The notes: generated by a model from the letters alone, not told the origin. Positions 49,436-58,924 are shown, counted from the first letter of the stretch. The stretch: 64,000 bases of DNA from an uncultured Planctomycetia bacterium (GCA_964652265.1 CAZZAL010000002.1:33426-97425); one strand, 5' to 3'. Numbers and translations: made by a program.

Positions 49436-50221
49436 ATGAAGAATATAGGTATAATAGGCTGCGGGACAATAGGGACAGGTATAGCAGAGTTTATAGAGAC
49501 TACTCTCAAGGATGAGGCAACGCTCGTGGCACTCTGCGACATTGATCCCAAAAAAGCAGATATCCTTTCGAGAAAATTAAAACCAACTCCGGTTATAAGC
49601 TCCATAGACGTCCTGATAGAAAAAAGCGATTTAGTAATAGAAGCAGCAGGCATGAGCGTGTCCTTAGAGGTTGCGGAAAAAGCGGTCTTACAAAAAAAAG
49701 ACGCGCTTATCATGAGTACAGGAGGCCTTTTAAAAAACTCAGGACTGTTTAAAAGGGCAAAGGCAGCCGGGTGTAACATTTATGCCCCCAGCGGTGCTGT
49801 CTGTGGCTTGGATGGCCTGAGGGCTGCAGGCATAGGTAAGATAGAAAAGGTGACATTGACCACAAGAAAACCTCCGCGTGGACTAAAGGGTGCAGCGTAC
49901 CTGATAAAAAACAAAATAGACATAGATGGAATAAAAAAAGAGACTGTTATCTATAGCGGGACAGCCAGCGACGCTGTAAAACATTTTCCAAAGAATATCA
50001 ATGTGGCGGCAACACTGAGTCTTTCAGGGGTAGGGCCAGATCGTACCATGGTAAAAATAATTACATCTCCGGAATATACAAAGAACACCCATGAGCTAGA
50101 GGTAGAGGGTGAGTTCGGAAGGCTTTTTACGAGGACTGAAAATGTCCCGTCGAAGAACAATCCAAAGACCAGCCAGCTAGCTATATTTTCAGCACTTGCA
50201 AAATTAAAAGAGGTGATTTAG
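49436..50221 (+). CDS. nadX: L-aspartate dehydrogenase
   Basis: IGIIGCGTIGTGIA Rossmann motif, PSGAVCGLDGL, NPKTSQLAIFSA. 261 aa, directly after nadA as in Thermotoga-type NAD operons. Confidence 0.8.
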   Translation: MKNIGIIGCGTIGTGIAEFIETTLKDEATLVALCDIDPKKADILSRKLKPTPVISSIDVLIEKSDLVIEAAGMSVSLEVAEKAVLQKKDALIMSTGGLLKNSGLFKRAKAAGCNIYAPSGAVCGLDGLRAAGIGKIEKVTLTTRKPPRGLKGAAYLIKNKIDIDGIKKETVIYSGTASDAVKHFPKNINVAATLSLSGVGPDRTMVKIITSPEYTKNTHELEVEGEFGRLFTRTENVPSKNNPKTSQLAIFSALAKLKEVI

Positions 50222-50223
50222 AT

Positions 50224-50361
50224 ATGGAGAAATGTAAAAATTATGACAAGAATATGAAGGAATGCCCTTGCACGTATGAACCGTGCTCTCGGAAAGGTGT
50301 TTGCTGTGAATGTCTGAGGTATCATTTGAAAAATGGCGGAGAACCAGCTTGTTTTAAATAA
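50224..50361 (+). CDS. Cys-rich micro-protein (45 aa), not in ORF track
   Basis: My translation is MEKCKNYDKNMKECPCTYEPCSRKGVCCECLRYHLKNGGEPACFK, with 8 Cys. AGAGGTGA lies about 8 nt upstream, and the ORF starts 2 nt after the nadX stop. It resembles a CxCTYxxCxRKGxCCEC small-protein family, possibly DUF6485 (from memory, unverified). Confidence 0.55.
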   Translation: MEKCKNYDKNMKECPCTYEPCSRKGVCCECLRYHLKNGGEPACFK

Positions 50362-50397
50362 AGAAATAAAAATAAAAATGAAAGGGGGTGAGATAGA

Positions 50398-50523
50398 ATG
50401 GCAGAGAAAGTATTGAAATGCGGCATAAAGAAGGCAAAGGGATATCTTTATTTTATCGATAAAAAAGGAGATATTTCCAGAGCAAAGATGGCGCGGGGCG
50501 GAAAAAAGAGAAAAAGAAGATAA
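50398..50523 (+). CDS. Basic micro-protein (41 aa), not in ORF track
   Basis: My translation is MAEKVLKCGIKKAKGYLYFIDKKGDISRAKMARGGKKRKRR. A strong RBS AAAGGGGGTGAG (50381-50392) ends 5 nt from the ATG. Confidence 0.5.
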   Translation: MAEKVLKCGIKKAKGYLYFIDKKGDISRAKMARGGKKRKRR

Positions 50524-50532
50524 AAGCAATAA

Positions 50533-50580
50533 CCCCTCACCCTACCTTTTTTCCGGAATAAAAAAGGAGAGGGTGAGGGG
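50533..50580 (+). terminator. Very stable 19-bp hairpin (terminator-like, no 3-prime U tract)
   Basis: CCCCTCACCCT-A-CCTTTTTT (50533-50552) pairs with AAAAAAGG-AG-AGGGTGAGGGG (50560-50580), with a 7-nt loop CCGGAAT. It lies 10 nt after the micro-ORF stop, and GTATCATTTACGG follows rather than a T run. Confidence 0.5.
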
Positions 50581-50587
50581 GTATCAT

Positions 50588-50616
50588 TTACGGATGTATA
50601 GCAATAATCCTACTAT
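50588..50616 (+). promoter_or_regulatory. Possible promoter of the M20 peptidase gene (near-leaderless)
   Basis: TTACGG (50588-50593), 17 nt spacer, TACTAT (50611-50616). The ATG at 50628 is 11 nt after the -10 with no SD. Confidence 0.3.
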
Positions 50617-50627
50617 CCACACTCCTT

Positions 50628-51869
50628 ATGAAAACAAATCTTTTAAAATATCTGAAAATAAATAAAAGCGACCTAGTCTCTTTGGTGTCGCAGCTCGTAG
50701 AGATCCCGACTGTAAATCCGCCAGGCACAGATTATGAAAAAATAGTGGATTTTCTTGAGAAGAGGTGTAAGAAAATAGGCTTAAACACAAAGAGATACCT
50801 GACTCCACGTAGTGTCTTAGAGAAATCAGGAGTCAAAGATGGCTCTAAGAGGATCAGCCTAGTTGTGGATTGGAAGGTCGGTTCGAAAAAGACATTACAT
50901 ATGGCGTCTCACTATGATGTTGTTCCTGCTACTGATAAGTGGCGAACCCCTCCTTTTAAGGCGGTTATAAGAGGCAACAGGATCTACGGTCGAGGATCAG
51001 AGGATATGAAGGGAAATATAGCATGCGTGTTGTCTGCGCTGGAGTCTATGAAGAAATGTAGGGTAAGACCAAGGGTAAACTTGCAGGTTTCTTTTACGCC
51101 TGATGAGGAGACCGGTGGGGCAACAGGACTCGGATATTTAATCAAAAAAAATCTTGTAAAGGCAGACTATGCTGTTACCGAAGGGCATTCAGGATTTTAT
51201 GTTTCCATGGGGAATAAAGGTGTAGTGTGGGCTGAGGTCATGGTTGAAGGCAAGGCAAGCCATGCGTCTCTGCCGCACAAAGGCATCAATGCCTTTGAAA
51301 GGGCAGCAGAACTTGTTATGGAGTTTAAGAAGTTGAAGAAAAAACTAGCCTGCAGAAAAACAAGATACCGCATGATAGATGATGTTTCCAGGAGTCCGAG
51401 TTTCGTCATGGGAGGTTTAGTAGAGGGAGGTGCAAAGCCGAATATCCTGCCGGGTAGGGTATTATTTAGCATTGATAGGCGTTTGATCCCGGAAGAAGAC
51501 GCTTTTCATGCTGCAAGAGAGATAAGAGAAGTCATTAAAAGATTTAATGCCAGGTACAAGGACTCAAAGGTACATGTAAAGTTTATTACTAAGCAGGACC
51601 CGTCTATATCTCTCAGAGATGAAGAATTTTTCAGGGTTGCCTCAGAATCCATAAGGTCTGTTATCGGCAAAAAGGCCGTGTTCACTATAATGCCCGGAGC
51701 TACAGATATACGTTATTTTATGCGACAGGGAGTGCCCAGCTTAGGTTATGGTGCAAAGGGCGGCGAGAGCTGGCATAGTGACAATGAATTTGTATATATA
51801 GATAGCCTCCTCGATACTGTAGAGGTATATGTGTTGCTTATGAGCGGGTTGGGACGCAGTAATATATAA
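50628..51869 (+). CDS. M20 family metallopeptidase (ArgE/DapE/ACY1 type)
   Basis: SHYDVVP, GRGSEDMKG and PDEETGG metal-ligand motifs; 413 aa. Confidence 0.8.
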   Translation: MKTNLLKYLKINKSDLVSLVSQLVEIPTVNPPGTDYEKIVDFLEKRCKKIGLNTKRYLTPRSVLEKSGVKDGSKRISLVVDWKVGSKKTLHMASHYDVVPATDKWRTPPFKAVIRGNRIYGRGSEDMKGNIACVLSALESMKKCRVRPRVNLQVSFTPDEETGGATGLGYLIKKNLVKADYAVTEGHSGFYVSMGNKGVVWAEVMVEGKASHASLPHKGINAFERAAELVMEFKKLKKKLACRKTRYRMIDDVSRSPSFVMGGLVEGGAKPNILPGRVLFSIDRRLIPEEDAFHAAREIREVIKRFNARYKDSKVHVKFITKQDPSISLRDEEFFRVASESIRSVIGKKAVFTIMPGATDIRYFMRQGVPSLGYGAKGGESWHSDNEFVYIDSLLDTVEVYVLLMSGLGRSNI

Positions 51870-51872
51870 TTT

Positions 51873-54656
51873 ATGAGCAATAAATTTATTAAAATCGTTG
51901 GAGCAAAGGAGCACAATCTTAAGGATATCAATCTGGATATCCCGCGCAATAAACTCACAGTCGTTACCGGGCTAAGCGGTTCAGGTAAATCTTCTCTTGC
52001 GTTTGATACGATATATGCTGAAGGCCAACGCAGGTATGTAGAAAGTCTTTCTGCTTATGCTCGCCAATTCTTAGAGCAACTCCAGAAGCCAGATGTAGAA
52101 CATATCGAAGGCATGTCTCCTGCGATTTCCATTGAACAGCGGAGCGCAGGAGGGAATCCACGCTCAACAGTAGGGACCACTACAGAGATCTATGATTATC
52201 TGCGCCTTTTATTTGCACGTGCAGGCACACCTTACTGTTATAAATGTGGCCAGAAGATACAAAGGCAGTCTCAGGATGAGATAATCGATAGGATTCTTAA
52301 ATATCCTAAAGGCACGGCCCTGGTGATACTGGCCCCTGTGGTAAGAGGCAGGAAAGGGGAATATCTCAAGCTGTTCACGGAATTTAAAAAACAGGGATTC
52401 CTCAGGGTTAGGCTGGACGGAAACATATTTTCTCTTGACGATAAAATAAGGTTAGACAAAAAGAAAAAGCATAATATAGAAGTAGTAGTAGACAGGCTTA
52501 AAGTTGAGGACGACATCAGGGAACGCCTTGCTGATTCTATCGAGATCGCCCTTGGGGTTGGAAAGGGTTTAGTCTTGGTTTCCAAAGGTGAAAAGGAAGA
52601 GGTTTTATTTAGTGAGCTTTATTCCTGTTCTAAATGTGGGATAAGTTACGAAGAGATCGAACCCAGGATCTTTTCTTTTAACAGCCCTTATGGTGCGTGT
52701 CAGGCATGCGGCGGCCTCGGAACAAAGATGGAAATAGACCCTGACCTTGTCATACCTGATAAGAGGAAATCCCTGAGGGAGGCAATAAAGCCCTGGCGTG
52801 TTGGCGGCAAAAGGATAGTCTTACACTACAGGAGGCTATTGAGAAAACTCGGAAGTGAATACGGATTTGATATCGATACCCCCTTTAATGAAATTCCTAA
52901 AAAGATAAGAAACGTTATACTTCATGGTTCGACATCTAAAGATTGGATGCGTTTCGAAGGAGTCCTACCAAATCTCCTCAGGCGCCTCAAAATAACAGAT
53001 AGTGATTTCATGAGGCAGGAGATCAATAAATACACGAATGAATCCACCTGTCCTGCTTGTGATGGCAGGAGGTTAAGGCCAGAGAGCCTTTCCATTAAAA
53101 TAAACAACATGTCTATAAGCGAGGTGACAGATCTTTCAATAAAAGATGCCAAGCAATTTTTCTCAGATTTAAAACTTTCGAATAGACAGGAAAAGATAGC
53201 GCGTCAGATCTTAAAAGAGATACGCGAGCGCTTGAGCTTTATGAGCAACGTAGGTCTTGATTATCTGACCCTTGATAGACGGAGTTCGACTCTTTCCGGA
53301 GGAGAGGCGCAGAGGATAAGACTTGCCACGCAGATAGGCGCTGGCCTTGTTGGCGTGGTTTATATCCTGGACGAACCAAGCATTGGCTTACATCAGAGGG
53401 ACAACGCAAAACTCTTAGGTACTTTAAAGGCATTGAGGGATTTAGGAAATACATTGATAGTTGTTGAACATGACGAGGCCACTATTAGGGGAGCTGACCA
53501 TATCATAGACCTTGGCCCTGGAGCAGGAAAGCATGGAGGGTATGTTGTGGCGCAGGGGAGACTAGCCGATATCCTAGATTGCAAGGGATCTCTTACGGGA
53601 AGGTATCTGTCTGGTCAATTAAAAATCAAGACGCCTAAAAAAAGAAGAAAGATAATAAAATCAAGGTCTCTTATTGTAAGAGGTGCCAGAGAGCACAATT
53701 TGAAAAACATAGATATCGAGATACCACTTGGTGTTTTTGTCTGTGTAACAGGCGTGTCAGGTTCTGGAAAAAGTACGCTCGTAGACGATATACTTTACAG
53801 GGCCCTGGCAAAACATATCTATAGATCAAGGCAGAAACCAGGACTGCATGAAAAAATAGACGGGCTTAAACATGTAGACAAGGTCGTGGTAGTGGACCAA
53901 AGCCCTATTGGCAGGACACCCCGATCGAATCCCGCTACGTATACAGGTGTATTTTCTTTTATAAGGAATATCTTTTCAAGGCTTCCTGAGTCAAGGATGC
54001 GTGGATACATGCCTGGCCGTTTTAGTTTTAATGTAAAAGGCGGTAGATGTGAGGCCTGTCAGGGAGACGGTATTAAAAAGATAGAGATGCATTTTTTGCC
54101 AGATGTGTATGTCAGGTGCGAGGTATGCAATGGCAGGCGTTATAATCACGAGACCTTGCAGGTCTTGTATAAAGGTAAGTCTATTGCTGATGTCCTGGAG
54201 ATGAGCGTAGAGGAAGCGCTGGGGCTTTTTAAAAACATACCCCATATACGACAGAAATTAAAGACACTGACTGATGTCGGTCTTGGTTATATCGAATTAG
54301 GCCAGTCAGCGACCACTCTTTCAGGCGGAGAGGCGCAGAGGGTAAAACTTACCACAGAACTCAGTAAAATAGGAACAGGTAGAACCATTTATATACTTGA
54401 CGAACCTACGACTGGCCTTCATTTTGCCGATATCGATAAGCTTCTTAACGTACTGCATGCCCTTGTAGAGGCCAAAAATACTGTCCTTGTAATAGAACAT
54501 AATCTTGATGTGATAAAATCCGCTGACCATATAATCGACCTTGGACCTGGCGGAGGGGACAGAGGTGGCAAGATAGTAGCCTCGGGCACGCCAGAGAAAG
54601 TCATGAAGACTTCTGCATCATACACTGGAACATATCTGAGGAAACATTCGACTTAA
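51873..54656 (+). CDS. uvrA: Excinuclease ABC subunit A
   Basis: [14 protein letters not shown] and [11 protein letters not shown] Walker A motifs, two LSGGEAQR signatures, zinc-finger modules (CSKCG...CQACGG; CPACDG; CEACQGDG...CEVCNG); 927 aa. Confidence 0.95.
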   Translation: MSNKFIKIVGAKEHNLKDINLDIPRNKLTVVTGLSGSGKSSLAFDTIYAEGQRRYVESLSAYARQFLEQLQKPDVEHIEGMSPAISIEQRSAGGNPRSTVGTTTEIYDYLRLLFARAGTPYCYKCGQKIQRQSQDEIIDRILKYPKGTALVILAPVVRGRKGEYLKLFTEFKKQGFLRVRLDGNIFSLDDKIRLDKKKKHNIEVVVDRLKVEDDIRERLADSIEIALGVGKGLVLVSKGEKEEVLFSELYSCSKCGISYEEIEPRIFSFNSPYGACQACGGLGTKMEIDPDLVIPDKRKSLREAIKPWRVGGKRIVLHYRRLLRKLGSEYGFDIDTPFNEIPKKIRNVILHGSTSKDWMRFEGVLPNLLRRLKITDSDFMRQEINKYTNESTCPACDGRRLRPESLSIKINNMSISEVTDLSIKDAKQFFSDLKLSNRQEKIARQILKEIRERLSFMSNVGLDYLTLDRRSSTLSGGEAQRIRLATQIGAGLVGVVYILDEPSIGLHQRDNAKLLGTLKALRDLGNTLIVVEHDEATIRGADHIIDLGPGAGKHGGYVVAQGRLADILDCKGSLTGRYLSGQLKIKTPKKRRKIIKSRSLIVRGAREHNLKNIDIEIPLGVFVCVTGVSGSGKSTLVDDILYRALAKHIYRSRQKPGLHEKIDGLKHVDKVVVVDQSPIGRTPRSNPATYTGVFSFIRNIFSRLPESRMRGYMPGRFSFNVKGGRCEACQGDGIKKIEMHFLPDVYVRCEVCNGRRYNHETLQVLYKGKSIADVLEMSVEEALGLFKNIPHIRQKLKTLTDVGLGYIELGQSATTLSGGEAQRVKLTTELSKIGTGRTIYILDEPTTGLHFADIDKLLNVLHALVEAKNTVLVIEHNLDVIKSADHIIDLGPGGGDRGGKIVASGTPEKVMKTSASYTGTYLRKHST

Positions 54657-54663
54657 ATTCTCC

Positions 54664-54692
54664 TTGCGCACTTTTCCCATTAGTGCTATATT
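54664..54692 (+). promoter_or_regulatory. Possible promoter of the TPR/exbBD operon (near-leaderless)
   Basis: TTGCGC (54664-54669), 17 nt spacer, TGcTATATT (hexamer 54687-54692). The in-frame ATG at 54703 is 10 nt after the -10 with no SD. Confidence 0.4.
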
Positions 54693-54702
54693 TATATGCA
54701 GA

Positions 54703-57168
54703 ATGCGAGCTATAACACCCATATATATAATAATAGCCGGTATATTATTGCTATCATGCCCACTAAATGCCCAGTCTGCAGATAATAGCGATCTCCTTCT
54801 CGCCAAGAAATCATTTCAGGATGGCTTCTACAAGATAGCTGCTTCCTCATTTGAAAAATTTATATCTGAAAATCCGCAGAGTTCAAGCTTACTAAAAGCC
54901 CGCCTTTTATTAGGAGAATCATTAGTACATCTCGATAGATTTAATGACGCGATGGCTCAGCTTGACGCTGTACTCGCCTCTGAAGAAGCAACCCCTTTTG
55001 AGGACGAGGCTATTTACTGGAAGGCAGAGATATATTTCAAGACGCGAGATTTCCAGAAGGCAAAGGAATTATACAATAGGATCCTGTCGGAATTTCCAGC
55101 GTCTAAATACAGACCCTTTGCGGGCTATTCTATTGCATGGTCCTTACATGAGGAAAAGAAATACGAAGAGGCACTGGATAATTTTTCTCTATTTCTAGCC
55201 AACAATCCTTCATTTGAATTGATAGATGAGGTAGACCTGAAGATAGGCGAGATATCTTATAAGCTAAAGCAATATGACAAATCTCTAAAAAAATTAAAAG
55301 AGTTTGTTTCGCGAAACGAGGATCCTGAGAAATTAGCAAGCGCGCATTTTTATATCGCAGAAAATCTTTACTACAAAGGTAATTACGAAGATGCAGCCAA
55401 GTCTTACGACAGGTCTTTGGTGTTGACTGCCCAAGAGACTAAAACCGCGCAGGCTATATACGGAAAGGCGTGGAGCTTCATCAAGATGCTTAAATATGAA
55501 GAAGCCATAGAGCAGTTTGAAGAGCTGAAGACACTCAAGAATGAAGGCTCTCTCATGGATTTTATTCACTTCGGTGAGGCCGTAGCGTTTAGTAATCTGG
55601 GGATACTTGACAAGGCCTTGGAGTCATACAGCGAGATCATAGAGAAATTTCCCAAGAGCAAATGGTCGGCTAATGCCTATCTGGGTAAGGGAGAGGCATT
55701 ATATCGCTTAGGCCTGCTTGAAGACGCGTTGATCGTATTTAAAGAAGGGATCAAACTTTTTCCTTTAAGCGAACATTCAGATGACATGCGCTATAATCTT
55801 GGCTGGGTCTATTTTAAGCTCGAGAGGTTTGACAGGGCTATAGAAGAATTCGGAAGGGTTATAAAAGATTCTGACAGTGATTTTTACCGTGTATCCTCGT
55901 ATTGCAGGTTGGGTGATGTGTATATAGAAAAGGACGAACTCAAAAAAGCCCTAAATGCATACGACATGGTGTTAAAGGAATCCAATGTGAATCCAGACGC
56001 GGTATTTGGTTATGTTGATTATGCCCAGTATCAGATCGGCCGTCTTTTATTTAAACTGGAAAGGTACCAGGGAGCAATACTGGCGTTTCAAAGTTTAATA
56101 AAAAATTACCCTGGCTCGAATAATATCGAAGATGCTAAATTTGGGTTGGCTATAGCCTATTTTAGGAAACAGGATTTTGGTTTATCTATCAAAGAGCTGA
56201 AGGTTTTTTTGAAAGAATATAAAAGAAGCAAGTATAAGGTCGAGGCGCTGTTCCATCTAGCGAGTGCTTATTATAACACCTCAAATTACAAAAGGGCTCT
56301 GCGCATATTCAAGGACATATCATCAATGGAGCTTTTTCCAGAATCTGCGCGCCAGGCATTTTACGAGATAGGGTGGTGTTATTATAAATTAGGAGAGACA
56401 AAGAAGGTCTTGGATCAGTTTGAGCAGTATATTGACAAATACCCTGAAGACGGGCTTGCCCAGGATTCGCGTTTCTGGATCGGAGAATATTACGCGGATA
56501 AAAAAGATTATGAAAAGGCTGAGGAGTATTTTCGAGATATAGTTAATGTATCTCCTGATAGCAGTCTTTCAGATGATGCAGAGTACAGGATGGCCATTAT
56601 TTTTTATGAAAAAGGAAACAAGAACAAAGGTCTTAAGGCCTTGAATAAATTAAAAGAGAGTTATCCTAAAAGCGAATTAATCCCAACAGTTGAGCTTAAG
56701 ATAGCAGAGATACTGATGAAGAAAAAAGATTTTTTAAAGGCAAAAGAAACGCTAAAAGGAATCATTGCAGATTATAAAAACACTGCCTATGTGAATATCG
56801 CTTCCAGGTATTTTGGAGATATCTTAAAAAAAGAGGGTGATGCTGAATCAGCGATAGATTATTACAAAAACGCATTGGATTCAAGGCGGGGAGATTTTAA
56901 TGCCAACATACAATATGCTATCGCAAAGCTTTACGAGGAACTAGAGGATTTTGATAATGCGATCGCGGAATACATGAAGGTCTGGTATGTGTATCCTGAT
57001 TCGACCCTCGCGGTGGTAAAGTCACAGATGGATTGCGCGAGATTATTTGAGAAGCAAAGCAAGTGGGAAGATGCAGCAAAGCTCTATAAGAAAGTATCCA
57101 TGATGGATGCCAAGGAATCTCGGTATGCAAAGGAAAGATTGGGATGGATAAAAAGGAACAAGAGGTAG
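54703..57168 (+). CDS. Large secreted TPR-repeat protein (YbgF/CpoB-like repeats)
   Basis: MRAITPIYIIIAGILLLSCPLNAQSA signal peptide, then more than 15 TPR-like units (Y..A...F..f...yP.s). The ATG at 54703 is preferred to the ORF-track TTG at 54664. Confidence 0.75.
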   Translation: MRAITPIYIIIAGILLLSCPLNAQSADNSDLLLAKKSFQDGFYKIAASSFEKFISENPQSSSLLKARLLLGESLVHLDRFNDAMAQLDAVLASEEATPFEDEAIYWKAEIYFKTRDFQKAKELYNRILSEFPASKYRPFAGYSIAWSLHEEKKYEEALDNFSLFLANNPSFELIDEVDLKIGEISYKLKQYDKSLKKLKEFVSRNEDPEKLASAHFYIAENLYYKGNYEDAAKSYDRSLVLTAQETKTAQAIYGKAWSFIKMLKYEEAIEQFEELKTLKNEGSLMDFIHFGEAVAFSNLGILDKALESYSEIIEKFPKSKWSANAYLGKGEALYRLGLLEDALIVFKEGIKLFPLSEHSDDMRYNLGWVYFKLERFDRAIEEFGRVIKDSDSDFYRVSSYCRLGDVYIEKDELKKALNAYDMVLKESNVNPDAVFGYVDYAQYQIGRLLFKLERYQGAILAFQSLIKNYPGSNNIEDAKFGLAIAYFRKQDFGLSIKELKVFLKEYKRSKYKVEALFHLASAYYNTSNYKRALRIFKDISSMELFPESARQAFYEIGWCYYKLGETKKVLDQFEQYIDKYPEDGLAQDSRFWIGEYYADKKDYEKAEEYFRDIVNVSPDSSLSDDAEYRMAIIFYEKGNKNKGLKALNKLKESYPKSELIPTVELKIAEILMKKKDFLKAKETLKGIIADYKNTAYVNIASRYFGDILKKEGDAESAIDYYKNALDSRRGDFNANIQYAIAKLYEELEDFDNAIAEYMKVWYVYPDSTLAVVKSQMDCARLFEKQSKWEDAAKLYKKVSMMDAKESRYAKERLGWIKRNKR

Positions 57169-57207
57169 TGTCTTAAAATAGAGACTTTAAAATGAGGGGA
57201 GGTAGTA

Positions 57208-57828
57208 ATGTTTGAGATTATTCAAAAAGGCGGACCTGTAATGTATCCTATCATACTTTGCTCTATAGTTGCCTTTGCTATAGTGATAGAAAGGCTTTAT
57301 CATCTCTATAAGGCAAGGATAGATACAAGAGATTTTATGAACAACATAGAGATTACTATAAAACGCAACAGGATCGCTGAGGCGATAAAGATATGCGACA
57401 ATACCCCTGGTCCTATCGCACATATAGTCAAGGCCGGGGTCATGAAACATGATAGATCCAGGCAAGAGATAAGGGAATCTATCGAAGATGCTGGTCATCA
57501 AGAGGTCCCAAGGCTTGAGAAAAATATCAGTCTTCTGGCAACCATTGCTCAAATATCTCCGCTTCTGGGTCTACTCGGGACAGTCACGGGTATGGTCAGG
57601 GCCTTTCAGATAATACAAGAGAAATCAGCTTCTTTTAATCCTGTCAGTCCAGGGGACTTGGCAGGAGGGATATGGGAGGCACTCTTGACAACGGTGGCAG
57701 GACTGATTGTAGCGATCCCTACAGTCGTGGCCTATAACTATCTGGTAAACAGGGTTGAGGAATTTGTCCTTGAAATGGAAAGAAGTACCACAGATGTTAT
57801 AAATATGCTGTCGCAGAGAGGAGTTTGA
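57208..57828 (+). CDS. MotA/TolQ/ExbB family proton channel
   Basis: Three TM helices, LATIAQISPLLGLLGTVTGM and EALLTTVAGLIVAIPTVVAYN motifs. RBS GGGGAGG. Confidence 0.9.
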   Translation: MFEIIQKGGPVMYPIILCSIVAFAIVIERLYHLYKARIDTRDFMNNIEITIKRNRIAEAIKICDNTPGPIAHIVKAGVMKHDRSRQEIRESIEDAGHQEVPRLEKNISLLATIAQISPLLGLLGTVTGMVRAFQIIQEKSASFNPVSPGDLAGGIWEALLTTVAGLIVAIPTVVAYNYLVNRVEEFVLEMERSTTDVINMLSQRGV

Positions 57829-57829
57829 C

Positions 57830-58228
57830 ATGCGATTCAAACGCCGTGTTCAATTTGTAAAGGGCCATCTTGACATCGCTCCGCTTATAGATTGCATTTT
57901 TCTTCTCCTGATATTTTTTCTTCTGACCTCAAATTTCATATTTCAGCCAGGCATAAAGATAAACCTTCCAAAGGCGGTGACGAGCGAAGTTGTGCAGGAG
58001 AATACCCTTGTGATCACTGTGACGTCTGACAATAGATTCTATTTGAATGAATCACCCATAACCTTTGTGGAATTAAAGAGCAAGCTAAAGCGTACTGCAA
58101 AGAACAAGCCTATCCTGATAAAAGCAGACAGGGCTGTGGCGCTGGGCAGGGTGGTCAAGATATGGGATTTTTGCAGGGACACTGGGATTACGCAGATTAA
58201 TATAGCAACAAATCAAGAGGTTCGTTGA
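57830..58228 (+). CDS. ExbD/TolR family protein
   Basis: IAPLIDCIFLLLIFFLL TM helix followed by a periplasmic domain (ILIKADRAVALGRVVKIWD). Confidence 0.85.
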   Translation: MRFKRRVQFVKGHLDIAPLIDCIFLLLIFFLLTSNFIFQPGIKINLPKAVTSEVVQENTLVITVTSDNRFYLNESPITFVELKSKLKRTAKNKPILIKADRAVALGRVVKIWDFCRDTGITQINIATNQEVR

Positions 58229-58237
58229 CGAGGAACA

Positions 58238-58924
58238 GTGGCAACTTTATTTAAGGACCGCAATCTCAATATTGCTATAGTCATTTCAGCATCGTGCCAT
58301 CTTATAGGGATGCTTTCTATAGCCCCTGTGATTGCTTCAGACAGTATGAAAAATACTCACGGGACAGTTTCTTTTCTGGGCTCGATTCTAGAAAGAGTTA
58401 TTGCTGTTCCTGAGAACTCATTGACTTTAGAGGAGGATTATTTTATTCAGAATCTAGAGAGGACTGCGCTTTCCAATTCAGAGAGAGTTAGTTTAGTTTC
58501 TCCTGATGTAGGTTCAAAGTCTAGAGCTTCAGAGCCGGATAAAGGCAGATTCGTTTCTAATAATGATAAAGGTAGTGTTCCTTTTTTTGGATTGCGCCAA
58601 TCAAAGAAGGAAAGACCTAGGATTGAATTTTCTGATGTTTTCATAGCTGGCGAGGCAAAAGACAGAATGCTTTTGTATAAGCCAGACTTACCTAAGGTTA
58701 TTGTACTGGATTCTGATTTTAGCCTTGATCATGAAGTGGTTGTAAGATTCAGGATTCATCAGTATGGATTTATCGAAAATCCTGAATGTCTCATGTCCAG
58801 TGGGTCACCCGAGGTAGACCGTGCAGCCATAAGATATATAAGAAAGTGGCAATTTGTGCCACTTGACAGTAAAAGAGACGGGCCGCAGGAAGGGATGGCA
58901 CGGCTCAGGTTTGCCTTTTATTGA
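58238..58924 (+). CDS. TonB/TolA-like energy transducer (C-terminal TonB_C-like domain)
   Basis: GTG start with GAGGA RBS. An N-terminal TM helix (IAIVISASCHLIGMLSIAPVI), and a C-terminal segment GSPEVDRAAIRYIRKWQFVP resembling TonB_C. No Pro-rich spacer. Confidence 0.6.
   Translation: MATLFKDRNLNIAIVISASCHLIGMLSIAPVIASDSMKNTHGTVSFLGSILERVIAVPENSLTLEEDYFIQNLERTALSNSERVSLVSPDVGSKSRASEPDKGRFVSNNDKGSVPFFGLRQSKKERPRIEFSDVFIAGEAKDRMLLYKPDLPKVIVLDSDFSLDHEVVVRFRIHQYGFIENPECLMSSGSPEVDRAAIRYIRKWQFVPLDSKRDGPQEGMARLRFAFY

Noticed and set aside
51865-51870. TATAAT hexamer just upstream of uvrA
   Set aside because: It ends only 2 nt before the uvrA ATG and contains the stop codon of the M20 gene, so it cannot serve as a -10 for uvrA. 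It is probably coincidental AT-rich sequence.
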